From assembly GCA_973895155.1 (NCBI GenBank), contig OZ316891.1, positions 29,990,331 through 30,054,330 of the forward strand: a stretch of DNA of 64,000 nt, given 5' to 3'. This DNA is from Marsupella aquatica (Eukaryota; Plantae; Marchantiophyta). Shown in pieces: positions 38,666 to 51,556 of the stretch. The translations under genes and the position numbers were made by a program. The notes beneath the pieces are model-generated. The model was not told the origin of the DNA and ran no database searches. It saw only the letters and a program-made list of their open reading frames with translations. Each line of letters opens with the position of its first letter. The first letter of the stretch is position 1.

Positions 38666-41600
38666 TGGCTGTGTTTGTCATCCATTCAAACAAACTAACT
38701 ATAGAGAGACCTTCCTTTTTAATTAAACAAAATTCCTTGTTTTTTGTGTGACTCCAGATATGGCTCCTAGAAATGGCAGCTCCCGAACAAAGAGCAAGAC
38801 CAAAAGCTCAATTGTTGACCAGCTTGATAAGATGAAAATGATCAAAACATATCGAGGGAAAAAGATACGGGACCTTACCTCACCGGAAGCCAGCTCAATT
38901 TATAGAGTGAAGTCAAGCAACGTCTTTGATTGGGGATTAGTACTCCAGAATAAGGAATTGCGAATATGTTTCACGCACAAGGAGACGTTACATATCGTCA
39001 TGGATGCAGAAATTGTGGGATGCATCTTCAAGTGAAATATGGGGCTTGATGACCTACAAGAAGCATTGGTACTTCTCTTTGACGAAAGAGAAACTGGAGA
39101 AACAATTGGGGTTTGCTTTGATCGAATGGATTATGGAACTTTCTCCCAGCGGAAAGTCACAGAATATCTCACCTCAAGTTCAGAATTGCTTGGTTTGAAT
39201 TGTTGGGAGGGCTTTCCCATTGCACCATTGGTTCCAGATCCAGAAAGTATCTCCAGATACATCAATTCCATTTTGGAGTTCTCAAAACAACCGTTCACCG
39301 AAATATTTTCTGTCACCAGGAAAGGGGGAATTTTGGCATCAAATCCTCCAAAGGATATCACGACGGAGAACGTGGATGAATTATTTTGCAGCTTTCTAGA
39401 ATCATACTCTCATCTGAACATCTTTCAGAGCAAGACTTTTGAGGTGCCTATTGAGAGATGTCACCTGGCACCAAATCACATAAAATGTCGTGACTTTGAT
39501 GAAGATTATGCCACCGAACTGAAGGTTGCTTTCTTTGGCTACTCCTCGATAACCTTTCAAAAAACTCTCTGCTTTCTTGTCCCAATAACATGGGACTCAA
39601 AGAACAAATCAAAAGGTTACTATGGAACTCCTCTAAAAGAGGCACCGCAGAGTGATGATATTACCAACACACTTGTCACTTCTGGATTCTTGGTGGGCAG
39701 CACACAATAATGGCATACAAGGCGATCCTCAAGGAAGATGATAAGCGATGCACATTTCGGGAGGATCTTCGCAAGGTTCAGGCAATTATGTTCTGGTCCC
39801 CATACAGTTTGAAAGAAAACCTCATGATGATGGGGCTCTCTCGAGCCTTGAACAATATCCAGAGAACTCAACTTGACGAGACTAACTTTCCGTTGATAGC
39901 GTCCCAAGCACGTGCAGTATGGAAAGAGTTTGGAAGTCCAAGAAAAGAGAATGCTCAGGCAAAGGGGTCAAAATGGAAGGTAAATTATCAGACACTTCTA
40001 GATAGCATGAGCCCTACAACCCGCGGTTTGTGTGGTAACATTGAATATAATGACTTGAATCTGTATTTTCTGTAGGGTTCTAATATTATATTTTGTAATG
40101 TTTTATATTCAGGTGTTCCTTGAAGCTGCCAAGATTATTGTTCCATGGGCACGGCAGATGAAAATGTTTTCATTTACCGAGCTCAATCCGTTTATCTTTC
40201 ATATGAGCGATGCAACATTCAGCAAATGGATGTGGGTATATGAGAAGTCTCGTACAGGATCCCTTATAGCGTTCAATGGTAAAACGCAAGCTCAGGCAAT
40301 AACTTACAGTAACCGGAAGACTTGGCAACTGAATAGGCGATGCTTCCGAGATCTACAAGGGATGGAGGAAGCTGACATAGACAAGGTTGCCGCCTACTTG
40401 TTGGAGAATTCAAAGATATCTCTTTTGAAGGACCGACCTCATTCAAAAGATTATGATGCTGAAGAAGCCGAAAAGTTTATTTCCATGGAAGAATTTTGTG
40501 TCAACAAGAAGTAGAAGCGAATGTTTGAGATAGATCTGTTGGAGAACTTGGGTGACGGTGGCATGAAACGTACTGAATTGAATAGCCTGAAAAAGATTGA
40601 GAGGAAAGTTGAGGTTGATATCTTGTGCAAGAGGTATCATCTTAATAAAGAAAAGCTGAGCAGGATCAAGGATTCACTAGGAGAGGAGTATCTCAACAAG
40701 GCGTCGCAGAAAACAACCAGTGTTGGAACAATGAAGAGTCTTCTCCCAGAGGCTTTTAAGAGCTTAATTGCCGCAACAAAGAACTCCATTGACGAGTTTG
40801 GAAACCTGAAGCCTCCCCAAATCAAGGATATCCTTCAGTTACACTCGCGGAAAGGTCTGAAAACAAAGAAATTTCTTGACGAAATCTCTGAGTCCCTGAG
40901 ACAACGGGTAAACTTTTTCTATTTTGACTCCACTATTCTATCTGATGACGGTCCATTCATATCCAGTTTTTACTCTATGTTCATCAGAGCAATTAAACAG
41001 ATGGGGACGGTAAATCATGTCCTTGTCCATGTCTTAGATCCTATTGAGTCTATTTTCATGATGAGAGAGTTAGTGTCAACTCCAGGATATTTCCCATTCC
41101 AAACAACTTACGTCCAGAGAAGAGGCACCGAAAAGTCTCATATTTCCCTCTTTAACACAGAGCGGGATGTTACATATACTATGACATATGCATTTTGTCA
41201 ACCTCTCTTATCAAAATCTACCGACATGACAAAGATAGGGGAAGCAATTAAGTCCAGTCTACAAACTCGGGGAACTCTCCTTAACTTTCAGGAGTCTAAA
41301 GAGGATCAGGCTGCTAGGTCTTTCCCTGGTGAGAAAAGTATTCTCTTTTTCCAATACTTGACTCGACTGTTTCTCGACAACGGAAAGCGTGCTGTCTGTT
41401 TTGGAGAAGGGCTAAACTTGGTCAAATGCCTCCTGGTAAGCTTTCAAGTATTATTACAATTCTATTTTTGAATAGCTTTAACCTTATCTTAAGTTCCTCT
41501 AACATCTTGCTTGTTTATTCCAGGAAGAAGGAGTTAAGGTTAGATCTTATTGTAAACGATCATTTCACACAGAAATGAGTGGGTATTTGGTGCCTTGTAT

Positions 41601-42399
41601 CCCAGTAAAGCACCATGTCTCGATAGAAAAAGGCTTGAGGCAATGATGAATGCGAAGATATCTCGAGGAAAAACCTTCAGAGAAGTCAAAGAAGATGTAA
41701 TTGATCATTGTAAAAGCATGCTCACATATAGTGATGAAAACGTTGAGAGAGTTTTAAAAGAGTATGAATTGAGTAACCTCCTCAGCCAGAATTGGATATA
41801 CTATTTCCCATCAAAGATGCCAGTTGGACCACTTAAAGGTTAGTCAGCCGAAACCATATACTTGATTAATTTTAATACATTCACTAACTTGATTGCACAA
41901 ATGAAATTTTGAAATCTGATTGTTGTTCCTCTGTTTCAGATGAGAAGTCTACTATCTTTGAAGATGAAATCAACACTGGAGAGTATGAATCAAGTGAGGA
42001 GGAGCCAAACGTTGCAGAAGAACCAGGGTCAGAATCTGAAAACCAAGACGATGATGAAGAACCAGGGTCAGAATCTGGAAACCAAGACGAGAGCTCAAAT
42101 GAGTCCATGAGTGCAGACAATCATTCAAAGAAGCGGAAGAATATGGGTGACAAAAGTGACATGGAGACTTTACAGCATAAGAGAAGTCAAAACAGGAGAC
42201 GAGTTGATACTCGTCAAAAGTATACAAAAAGGAAGCAGAAACCAACCAGCGGTACCGATGACTCCGAACAGGAGTTTGATGACAATTGGAGGGAGCGGCG
42301 GATGAAAGAAAAACAAGATCAAAAACAGCAAGCAGATGAGAAAGAGCAAAGGCAATTTACATACACTGAAGAAGGAGGAGGGGCGGATGAGGAGCAGGG

Positions 42400-42835
42400 A
42401 AAAACTAACCTGGATGGTGAAGGAGATGAAGATGGTGATCGTGATGAGAATGAAGGATATGGAGGTGGTGCAGGAGATGAGAATGAAGGAGATGGAGGTG
42501 GTGATGAGAAGGAAGGACATGGAGGTGATGATGAGAAAGAAGGACATGGAGGTGATGATGAGAAGGAAGGACATGGAGGTGGTGCAGGAGATGAGAATGA
42601 AGGACATGGAGGTGATGATGGGAAGGAAGGAGATGGAGGTGGTGATGAGAAGGAAGGACATGGAGGTGATGATGAGAAGGAAGGAGATGGAGGTGGTGCA
42701 GGAGATGGAGGTGGTGATGAGGAGCAGGGAAAAACAAAGCTGGATGGTGAAGGAGATGAAGATGGTGATGAGAAGCAAGGAGATGGAGGTGGTGATGACA
42801 AGGAAGGAGACCGAGGTAGTGATGACAAGGAGGAG
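42400..42835 (+). repeat. Coding low-complexity repeat (GGDDEKEGH-type)
   Basis: gatgagaaggaaggacatggaggt units in ORF 41909-43447. Confidence 0.9.
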
Positions 42836-43742
42836 AGCAACAAACAGAGCGATGGATACAAGGGGAAAAATGTAACAGAAGATGGAGAAAGAGAAGAAAA
42901 CTACTGGAACAAAGCCGGTGATAATGATATTGTGAAACTAAATATCCGGAATTATTTTCGATCAGTAGTAAGTCTTGAAGACACAACTCGGCCAGATAAC
43001 ATTTCGGTTGCAGACTGGGAAGTATACTTCCCCGATGAATTGAAACTTCATGCTTGGAATGGGAGACAATTTTGGACTACTGTTTTGAATGATATCTCAA
43101 CTCTAATAACACCTTCAGAGAGAAAAGAGTTCGAGAGAAATAAAATATTTATGGAAGAAGCTTGCTGTCGGATTGGAGAGCCCTCCATTAGCTTGATGGC
43201 CGAGGAGAATGCTTTAATTGACATGACCCGATGCGATCATGCTTGGGCAAAGTTGAATGAAGATACTTCTTCAGCTACAACCCATGGGCCGTCAGATGCG
43301 AGGTCAGATGGCAACGAAGGTGATCAGATGGAACCAAATTCTCTCAATGAAGAACAGGAAAATGAAATAGATGAAGCATACGCCAATGTTTTGCTCAATA
43401 TGCCACTACCTTTCCAAGGGCATAAGGTAAACTTTCTATTATCCTAAGTAGCCTTAATGTACTGTCTAGTTTTATTTCATCGCCTCTGGTTTATATTTTT
43501 GAGCTTATTCTAATATCAAATCACCTCATCATGCAACCAGGTAAAGGATGTTCCCACTTTCAGCAAGAGAATTTCTGCATCGGACAGAAATGGGATACAC
43601 ATCATAACTTTGTGATGAGATATATCAACTAAAAAAGCAGCTACTTCAAAGAGTAGAAATGGGGTCTTGCAAAAATTTAGTTTTGTTTGCATAGATTTTA
43701 TAAAACTATAATTCTCTCATTATTTTTTTTCTTGATGTACAG

Positions 43743-44330
43743 GTGAAAAAACTCATTATTCTTGATGTAAACAAAGTTATTTTGTTAAGTGTGTATTCTA
43801 CCAAACTACTTGACCAAAGTGCCGGAGTTCGGGTCAGGTCTAAGTTCATCTACAAGAGGCCGTATTTGCGCGAGGTTCTAGATTTTTGCAAAGCAAACTT
43901 CGACGTTGCAATTTGGTCCTGCATGCAATGGCACAATCTTAAGCCTATCCTTCAAACTGTATTGACTAGTGATGACAGAAAACAGTTAAAATTTATTGCT
44001 ACTCAACAGGACACAGTTCGAGTTGGCAACCATTTCAAAACCCAAAAACCAATTTTCTTGAAAGAGTTGAAAAATCTGCGTTCGAAACTAGAAAATGACT
44101 ATTATAGTGAAAACATTATACTCATTGATGACTCTCCTTACAAAACGTGCCTAAATCCATTTTACTCTTCTCTCTACCCTGAACCGTATTCTGGACAGAT
44201 AGCGGACAATTTTTTCCCCAACACTCTTATTCCATACCTCAAAACACTCCTGAACTCTTCCGAAACAATGCACAAAACCATACAAAACAAATATCCTACT
44301 TGGTCATTGTCTGCACTAGTTGAAGATTGA
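43743..44330 (+). CDS. NIF/FCP1-like (HAD) phosphatase domain exon
   Basis: KLIILDVNKVIL (degenerate DxD motif), KRPYLREVLDFC..NFDVAIWS, FLKEL, ENIILIDDSPYK; begins directly after a cag acceptor. Confidence 0.85.
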   Translation: MKKLIILDVNKVILLSVYSTKLLDQSAGVRVRSKFIYKRPYLREVLDFCKANFDVAIWSCMQWHNLKPILQTVLTSDDRKQLKFIATQQDTVRVGNHFKTQKPIFLKELKNLRSKLENDYYSENIILIDDSPYKTCLNPFYSSLYPEPYSGQIADNFFPNTLIPYLKTLLNSSETMHKTIQNKYPTWSLSALVED

Positions 44331-44551
44331 GAAGAAAATAGAATGATCTGGTCAACTAATGACACTGTGAGGTTAGAGAGTGACCCACATCACCTCAAAC
44401 AATTTAATGAGTACGCTGACGTTGTTTTTCAATAAATGTAAGGACTCTTTTTTTCTCATGCATATTTAATGTTAATGTTTTATTTAGTTTATTGCCTCTT
44501 TTGTTTTGTATTATTTAATGCTCAATTGCTGACATGTTTTGTGTTGTGCAG

Positions 44552-45175
44552 ATTATAAAATTTGTTTCTACCCGAAAATTACTTCTTTTCCATGTTGAAA
44601 GCATTCTCGTCTTCTCCGCTGGGTTCTCAAGGCATTTAAGAAATTCGACTGCCTTCTGCGTTAAGAAGAAAATGATCTTTCCTAGACCATTTGTTCAAGA
44701 GTTTTTAAACTTTTGCTCTGAAAACTTTGACATTGGATTTTGGTCCCGGAATCATACTGATTGGTATGAAGTGGCCGATCATGTTGATCCACTTCTCACT
44801 GAGAAGGCTCTTGAAAGTTTTAAGATACTATGGTGCCGACGAGACGACCTTAAGTCAAATCAGTGTGGAATGAATATCAAGATTGTTATGAAAGAAGCCC
44901 CTGGGTATTTATATGAAAATGTAGTACTCTTAGGAGAGGCAGCATCTATAAGTTTTGATTCTCCATATTATGCTGCACTTCATCCAAAACCCTTTTACGG
45001 TGATCTAGGTGACCAGTTTTTAGAAAACACTCTCATGCCCTATCTTCTAAGACTTGCTCACTCAAAGGTTAGTGCACATAGATTTATTAAATCCAACTAT
45101 CCATTGTGGTCAATGAGGCCTAGAGAAGAATTCCAAAAAAGTAGAGACATTAAGGTGTCTATTTACAAAGATTAA
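44552..45175 (+). CDS. Second, catalytically degenerate NIF/FCP1-like domain exon
   Basis: RPFVQEFLNFCSENFDIGFWS and ENVVLLGE...LHPKPFYGDLGDQFLENTLMPYL parallel the previous exon; the catalytic Asp is replaced (LLLFHVES). Confidence 0.75.
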   Translation: MIKFVSTRKLLLFHVESILVFSAGFSRHLRNSTAFCVKKKMIFPRPFVQEFLNFCSENFDIGFWSRNHTDWYEVADHVDPLLTEKALESFKILWCRRDDLKSNQCGMNIKIVMKEAPGYLYENVVLLGEAASISFDSPYYAALHPKPFYGDLGDQFLENTLMPYLLRLAHSKVSAHRFIKSNYPLWSMRPREEFQKSRDIKVSIYKD

Positions 45176-47821
45176 ATAGAGTTATTTAAATTTGGTTTTA
45201 GATTAAAGACTACGTTTCATATTGTCTGTGATACTACATTCACTATAATAAAAAGTGTGCAAGTTACATTATCTTTAAAGCTCTATCTTGAATTACTCTC
45301 TATTGCAAATGAATTTGATGTTTATGTTAAATTTTTCATTCCGAGTAAACCTCCATGTACTATGTACACTATATGTTCACAAACAGGATATTTTTTATTG
45401 CTACGCTCCATGGATTGTGAAAGTATTATCCTTGTGTATGGTTTAAAGAGAATCATATACCAAAAAAATACATGTATAATACAATCATAATTAAATATAA
45501 TATTAAATAATATACACTATGAATTCCGGACTTAATTAATTCTGGTTTTGTCTAAATTGGGGTTAATGGACTTTTTGATAATTATTGTTATTTTTGTCTT
45601 AGTACATATATTTCTAGAAAATGATGGCAGTTCTAAGTTACTTGGATGTCATCCTAGTTTGAATATAAGATATTTAACTTGTCTAGCATTTCATTGTTGC
45701 TTAGATAATGATCCTATCCAAGCTAGATGTTTTGAGTATAGATGCTATCCAAGCTTATGTGTTATTACACACGTTCTATCTATTTTCAACCAAATGAACA
45801 CTTTTTATCACCCAAATGTTTTTTTAATATTATCCAAATTAATATTTTCTTTGCCCAAATGTCTATTTTTTTGCTCCAAATTTATAATTCATGATGCTTA
45901 AATTTTCATTTTTCATCCTTCAAATTTACAATTCTTATGCCTAAAAGTGTGTTTTTAAATGCCCAAATTTCCAAATCTTCTTTATAATTCCACTTTTAAT
46001 GAATATAGTGATCTTCAAGCTCAGGGGTTTAAAGAAGAAGGGGTTGGCGCCTTCTACGTTCAAGCTTGGGGGTTTCACTTCCACAAAAATGGCATATCAC
46101 GTGCGACGAAGTATAGGGTCATTTTATTGGTTCAAAGGGAAGACTTAAGAATTTTATGAGACTGAAGAACAATAGGGTCTTTTAAATCCAATTATGAGAC
46201 TTATAAGAACATTACTAGGGGGTCCGAGGCCTAAAAACGTCGCAGGTGATGGGGAGGCATCCATATAGTGAGACCCCCATGCCTTCAAGCTTCCAATCGA
46301 TTGTGGCAAGAGCGGGGGTAAGAGTCTTTCGATCGGATCAAGGTAACAATGTAGTGAAGGTTTTCCTGGGGGTTTTTCTGTTTCGGATGCAAGTTACTTC
46401 CATATAGTGTATTGTTGCCCACTCCTATCGTTTAAATGTTGGATAGTAAGTCCAAGTCTATTCTGCTCTATAAATAGATAGAATGTGCGCCTGGCTCTTC
46501 AACGCCAATTCCATTTTGTATACCTCCGTGTCTCTCAGCGCTCATTACTGCCCCAAGATTGCAGACTGAGTGAACATCCTTTTCTTGGCTAAAGTAGTTC
46601 ACGTATGCTAAAGGAAGGCATTTAATATTAGCCACATGCTTCTACCATTGCAATTTTGTAATATTTCCGGTTGAGTCATTCTTATGGGATGGCTTTGTTC
46701 GGGGCTTTGTTTTAATTGATGTTCATTCTTGTCTCTTCTCTATAGGTGAAGCGCAAGGCTAGGCAAACATTTGCTAGGCTTGTTACACTAGCGGAACAAC
46801 AATTGGGGAGAAAGCAGTGGGGAAAGCAGTCGGTCAACTTTTAAGTGTTGGTGAGTATGCTTAACTTCTTGAAATCTGTACTAGGTCCTCGGATGAATAC
46901 CTTGTGTTAAATTTGCCTTATTCTTCAAGGACAGGATCCCACATGTCTTTTTGCAATTTACTAGCAACACGATTTCGGACCGAACGAGAACTATTTCCTC
47001 TAAACAAGAAGTGTATTTTTATTTTCCGCCGAATCTCGCGAAATCGGCAGTTTTTTTCATCAAAAACGCATTTTTGGGGAAATAATATAATTCGTATCGG
47101 AGTTCGGATTGAAACAACAAATTTAATAATGATCAAAACCAATGAAATTCATGCTAACAAACATTCATATTATCAAGGAACAATTAGATCCAAAAAACTT
47201 TCTCCTCGACCTCATATTCACGCTCTCCGAAGATATATGAAAGGTCTTATCTATAAATCCATATCCATGTTTCGAGCCAAGTGCGATAACTGTATCGAAC
47301 TCCGGATTTGAGCCATGAAAACTCCGACCCAATCTCAGGTTTCTCAGTTTTTGGATATTTACCAAAAATATTTTACATCACAGTCGATAAGAATTACTGC
47401 ACGGTTCGTCAAATTTACCTTGCAGTTACCTCCGCAATTGACCAGTTACCTCCGCAAGTGACCATAGTCAACATGCCATTCTTTCAACAGCAATGCGCAG
47501 TCCGATAAAATTATCGCGAAAACTACGGGCGACAAAAATACTAGTCGACAATACTAAGATCCTTCGGTTCATCGGTTAAATTTCAAAATTCCTATCCATA
47601 TGAAGAAAACTCTTCACAATACCAACATCAGATAAATTTATCGCTTCAATTTCAAAATTGCAACTTCCATATGAAGGAACCACTTTTGCAATACCAACAT
47701 CAGATAAATTTATCGCTTCAATTTCAAAACTATATAATTTTGCCACGATGCACGTATGAGAATGAAATTGGAAATCCAAGAAATATACCCTTTTCTGCTA
47801 TTTTGTCGTTTAGGGTGACAG

Positions 47822-47870
47822 CCAATCAAAAGTGGACACGTGGGCCAACCCCTCAACAGACACTATAAAA
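47822..47870 (+). promoter_or_regulatory. Putative promoter of transposase gene C (CCAAT, G-box CACGTG, TATAAAA)
   Basis: CCAAT 47822, CACGTG 47837, TATAAAA 47864; ~150 bp upstream of ATG 48015. Confidence 0.5.
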
Positions 47871-48014
47871 GGGCCACCGCCGATAAGTTTTTGGCGTCAT
47901 TATCGAGAGTAGAGTTTTGGGAGTTGTGTTCTTGGAGCAACATTCTGTCCGTTGAGCCTTTCGTTTTCCCTGATTGTGGGAGGAATGCAAAGCCCCATAG
48001 TGTCTCGGATAGCC

Positions 48015-51000
48015 ATGTCTCAATCAGACACAGATTCACCTTCCAGTTCAGTTGAATCCTCTCCTAATCTTGTCGCTCGCTGTTTGCCAAGTCGCATACT
48101 TAAAGCTCTACCTCTCTCACAGCAAATAGTGCCCAAAATCTCTGACTCAGATTCTGATGCAAGTTCTGGTCCTGAGCCCAGTGCTTACTATGTGTTGCCT
48201 AGTAAACCTGAGAAGCGTCGTCTCTTGAGCGTTCCATCGCCAAGAAATGAGAAACTTTCAATCCCAAGTTTACGTCCGAGACGTCGCTTCAGGCCATCCA
48301 TCCCGGGTTATGGAGAGGGTATCCGGCGACCGATACGCGTATCACAGTCGGCATTCAAGTCGCCACATTCAACACAAGTTCAACGACGGATCTTTCAGTC
48401 TCCGGGTGAGGATCGGGACACAGAAATACAAAGACCAATACGGCGATCGGTCTTTGCATTGCCTGGACTGGATGTGCGAGCAAGCGAGGGAATCGGACTG
48501 CGAAGTCCAGACTCGGTCCTTTCTCGAATGGTCCGTGGGAATCGTGGTGAACAAGTGCTCAATTTTCCAGCAGCTCGCAGAGTCGTTGGGACTGCACGTG
48601 CGAATCCAGAATCTCCAAGTTCTCAAGGGCGGACTGTCATTGGTTCCAGGCTCCAAGTATCGAGGAGAGGTCTTAATGGCGTTTGGGTTATGTATAGAGA
48701 GCCACGGAGTCCAATTGTGTTTTCAGATGAGTCGAGTGCATTGGAGGACGAAGATGAGGAAGGAGATAGAGAATCCGATATAATAGCACAAGTTGTGTCT
48801 GAATGTTTAGAAGGAGCTGTCGAAGAGAATAGCTATAGTCGTCTATTCAGTGGCCCTCTAAATGCGTCAAGAAGATCTATAGAGGATGGTAGCTCAGCAG
48901 AGAGTGATGCATCTATTCGCGAGGCACCTGAAGGACCCGAAAATGCCAATGTTATGAACGGATTTCAGGTTGTAGAGAAGTCAAATGAGCCTAGTAAAAA
49001 AGATAGGGACCGAATTACTAGGAAAGACAATGTGATAAATGACAAATTGAATAGAAACAAAATGAGAGAAATTCATAAGTATTCGTGTTGTGATAATTAC
49101 TGTCTGCAGAATTTGGGTCTGCTAGCCATGACGAAACAACGCACTTATTAAGTCTATGGGCTATCCTACCCAGAGAAGAACGTCCTTCTAAGAGGATGTG
49201 TGAAGGGTGGGCATGCTGGTGCAAGTGGTTACTCAGTTAGCGGTAGATCCTTTTGTCGAAGAAATTATTTTCACTGGGAAATAATCGTCTCCAAAAAATC
49301 TCGCAGAACATATTTTCTCGGATACAGATTGGTACAGTTTGTCGAGAAAAATCACCCGCATATCTTGGTCTCGTCCAATGGCTAGATGATTTTTTTTCCA
49401 CAAATGTCGAGAGTCTCCCCAACAATGATATCTTTCATTTACCTGACAATTGGACAAAAATAGAAGTTTTTGATGCCTTCCAGTCCGAAACTCTAATGCG
49501 CCAAGAACAAGGCATGACATATTCGTGGTTTGTTCGCATTTGGAACAAGGAGTTTCCTCGCGTGCGCATCCCCAAAAGGAGCCGTTTCTCCACCTGCGCC
49601 CCGTGTACTGAATTCAAAGCACTCCGTGACAAGGCAACACTCGAAGCAGAAAAGAGTAAATTTCTAAACCTGTGTGTTACTCCCGATAATTTTATCGGGT
49701 TGAGTATTCATGTGCTTCTTCTTTGGCCATGTGAGTGAATATATCGTTTGAACAGTTTGAATACTGAACCTGATAAATTTATCGTTGTCACAGTTTTTCA
49801 TTACGGTCTTGTGTTTGAATACTGAACCCGATAAATTTATCGTTGTCAGGGTTTATCATTACGGTCTCGTGTTTGAATACTGAACCCGATAAATTTATCG
49901 CTGTCAGGGTTCAATATTGCGGTTATCATGTTTTGTCCTAAATTTTTTTATTGTTGTAGGAAAATTCTCAACATTGCTAAACGAGCATCGGAAGGCACAA
50001 GCAGTCGAGAGGGAGAAGTTAGCAAAGCACCGGAGCAAATGTTACAAGAGTCCGGAGAAATATTTGGGCATCTGTATTGATGGAATGGATCAAAAGAAGA
50101 CAGAGTTACCTCATTTCATTCGGTGTCCGAAGAATATGGATGAAAAGTATTTCATCCCCGTACACATAGTGGGTTGTTTGATCTTCAACAAACAATTAAG
50201 TTCAAATGTTTTTTTGAACTATCCAAATATTCACAATGATAGCAACCTGACCATCCACGTTATCCAGCATATTCTGAATACCTGGGAAGGTCTGCTCCCT
50301 CCAGTGCTTTACCTCCAGCTTGATAACACAGCTCGGGAAAACAAGAATAAATATCTTATGGCATATTTGAATATGTTGGTGGAGATAGGTGTTTTCCAGA
50401 AAATAAAGGTTGGTTTCCTATTGGTGGGGCACACCCATGATCAAATTGATCAAATGTTTAGCAAGTTTTCTTCAAAATTGAACAAGCGGAAAGCTTTCCA
50501 GTTGGACACTCTTTCAGCAATCATAGAGGAATCCTACAATCCTACGACAAAGATATTTTTCGTCGACGAGGTTGCCGATTTCAAGAAATTTGTGTCAGAC
50601 AAGGATCAAGCAAATGACAAGGATATGGATGGTCAGGTTCTACGTACTCTCCACGGCATAAGTGCTCAAAAACAATTTTGGATTACTAGAGTACTCGAAG
50701 ATGGAAGTGCTCGGTCCGTAAATTCCATGCCAAACATCTTTCAACGACAATCGATTGGGGGGAGACGGTGGATTTTGTTCGGTACATTCCATCATCTGGA
50801 ATGTGGGTCGCACCACAAATGGCATTGAAGTCGGCCACGGGAGCGACAGGAGACAATGAAGAGCAAGAGAATGATGCTGAGGAACAAGATGAGCGGGCGG
50901 CTCAAAGTTATTTGTCAACTCTTCAAAAATATTGAAGAGCAATTGAAGATGGATTCAATTACTTTGACGACGCAGATCGTCTATGGTGGGGTCGTTTTTT

Positions 51001-51556
51001 TTACAAACAAAAAGAAGTGATTCAACACCACCTGAAACCTGCACAATGGAGTTTTGATTGGAGTTGGCCCAAGGTAAACGTACAGAGAGAACTTCCGAGT
51101 AATCCTACGGAAGCAGCAATGGAACCTAGCTTGGTTGATAAAGTAGCGGGTGTGAGGACAGTCATGTATTCCGGAAGTCGAAGAAAAGTCACGGAAATTG
51201 GAGACTTCAAGGATCTAGAGGTGAATACTAAATTTGCAATGATATGTGTAGTAGCCCATCAGGATCCCAAGGGAAGACCATTCTGGATGGCAAAAGTGAT
51301 TGAGATTCTCACAAGAATTAACGACATCCCGGAGCGGATTAAAATCACTTGGTATGCAATGGATTCGGAGGAAGAGTCTGCAATTGAAGGCAAATATTAT
51401 CCGGAGAAAGAGGCTTCGTCTAGCAAAGTACTGGAGGATGAATTGTCCCTATCAGAAACTGCCGTTTATGCGTATAACTTTGCGTTATTGGCAAATAGTA
51501 CTCTCCCTACAAACAAGATGAATCATTCAAAATGCAATGGAGACTGTAGTCATTGA
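48015..51556 (+). pseudogene. Sola-like DDD transposase gene C, one intron (49656-49959), several stops/frameshifts
   Basis: Ser/Arg-rich N-terminus, then CCDNYC, FSTCAPC, ICIDGMD, YLQLDNTARENKN, FLLVGHTHDQID and a C-terminal PFWMAKV..ITWY; split across ORFs 47952, 49253, 49917 and 51017. Confidence 0.88.
49755..49912. repeat. ~58-bp intronic tandem repeat x3, each carrying (C/T)GATAAATTTATCG
   Basis: gtttgaatactgaacccgataaatttatcg recurs with palindrome starts at 49771, 49829 and 49887. Confidence 0.9.

Larger units (their letters stand above)
38760..45175 (+). pseudogene. Large multi-exon accessory gene: ParB/Srx-like domain, degenerate DNA amino-methyltransferase-like segment, acidic G/D/E repeats, two NIF/FCP1-like HAD domains
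   Basis: Fragments share strand and join through in-frame stops (39033, 40512), frameshifts (~39665, ~41590) and GT-AG introns (e.g. 39980-40112, 41436-41523). Motifs: FEVPIERC..RDFD...HFWILGGQHTIMAYK (GGQH at 39692-39703) and FPGEKSILFFQYLTRLFLDNGKRAVCFGEG..LL|EEG. Fusion of the NIF exons is inferred from ATG-less AG starts. Confidence 0.7.

Noticed and set aside
42170-42986. His-rich, Pro/Ser-rich and Met-rich overlapping ORFs
   Set aside because: Alternative-frame and antisense readings of the acidic coding repeat.
45176-46965. Right TIR of the first Sola-like element
   Set aside because: No convincing partner or TSD found by eye; the left end may lie outside the window, so the boundaries are not called.
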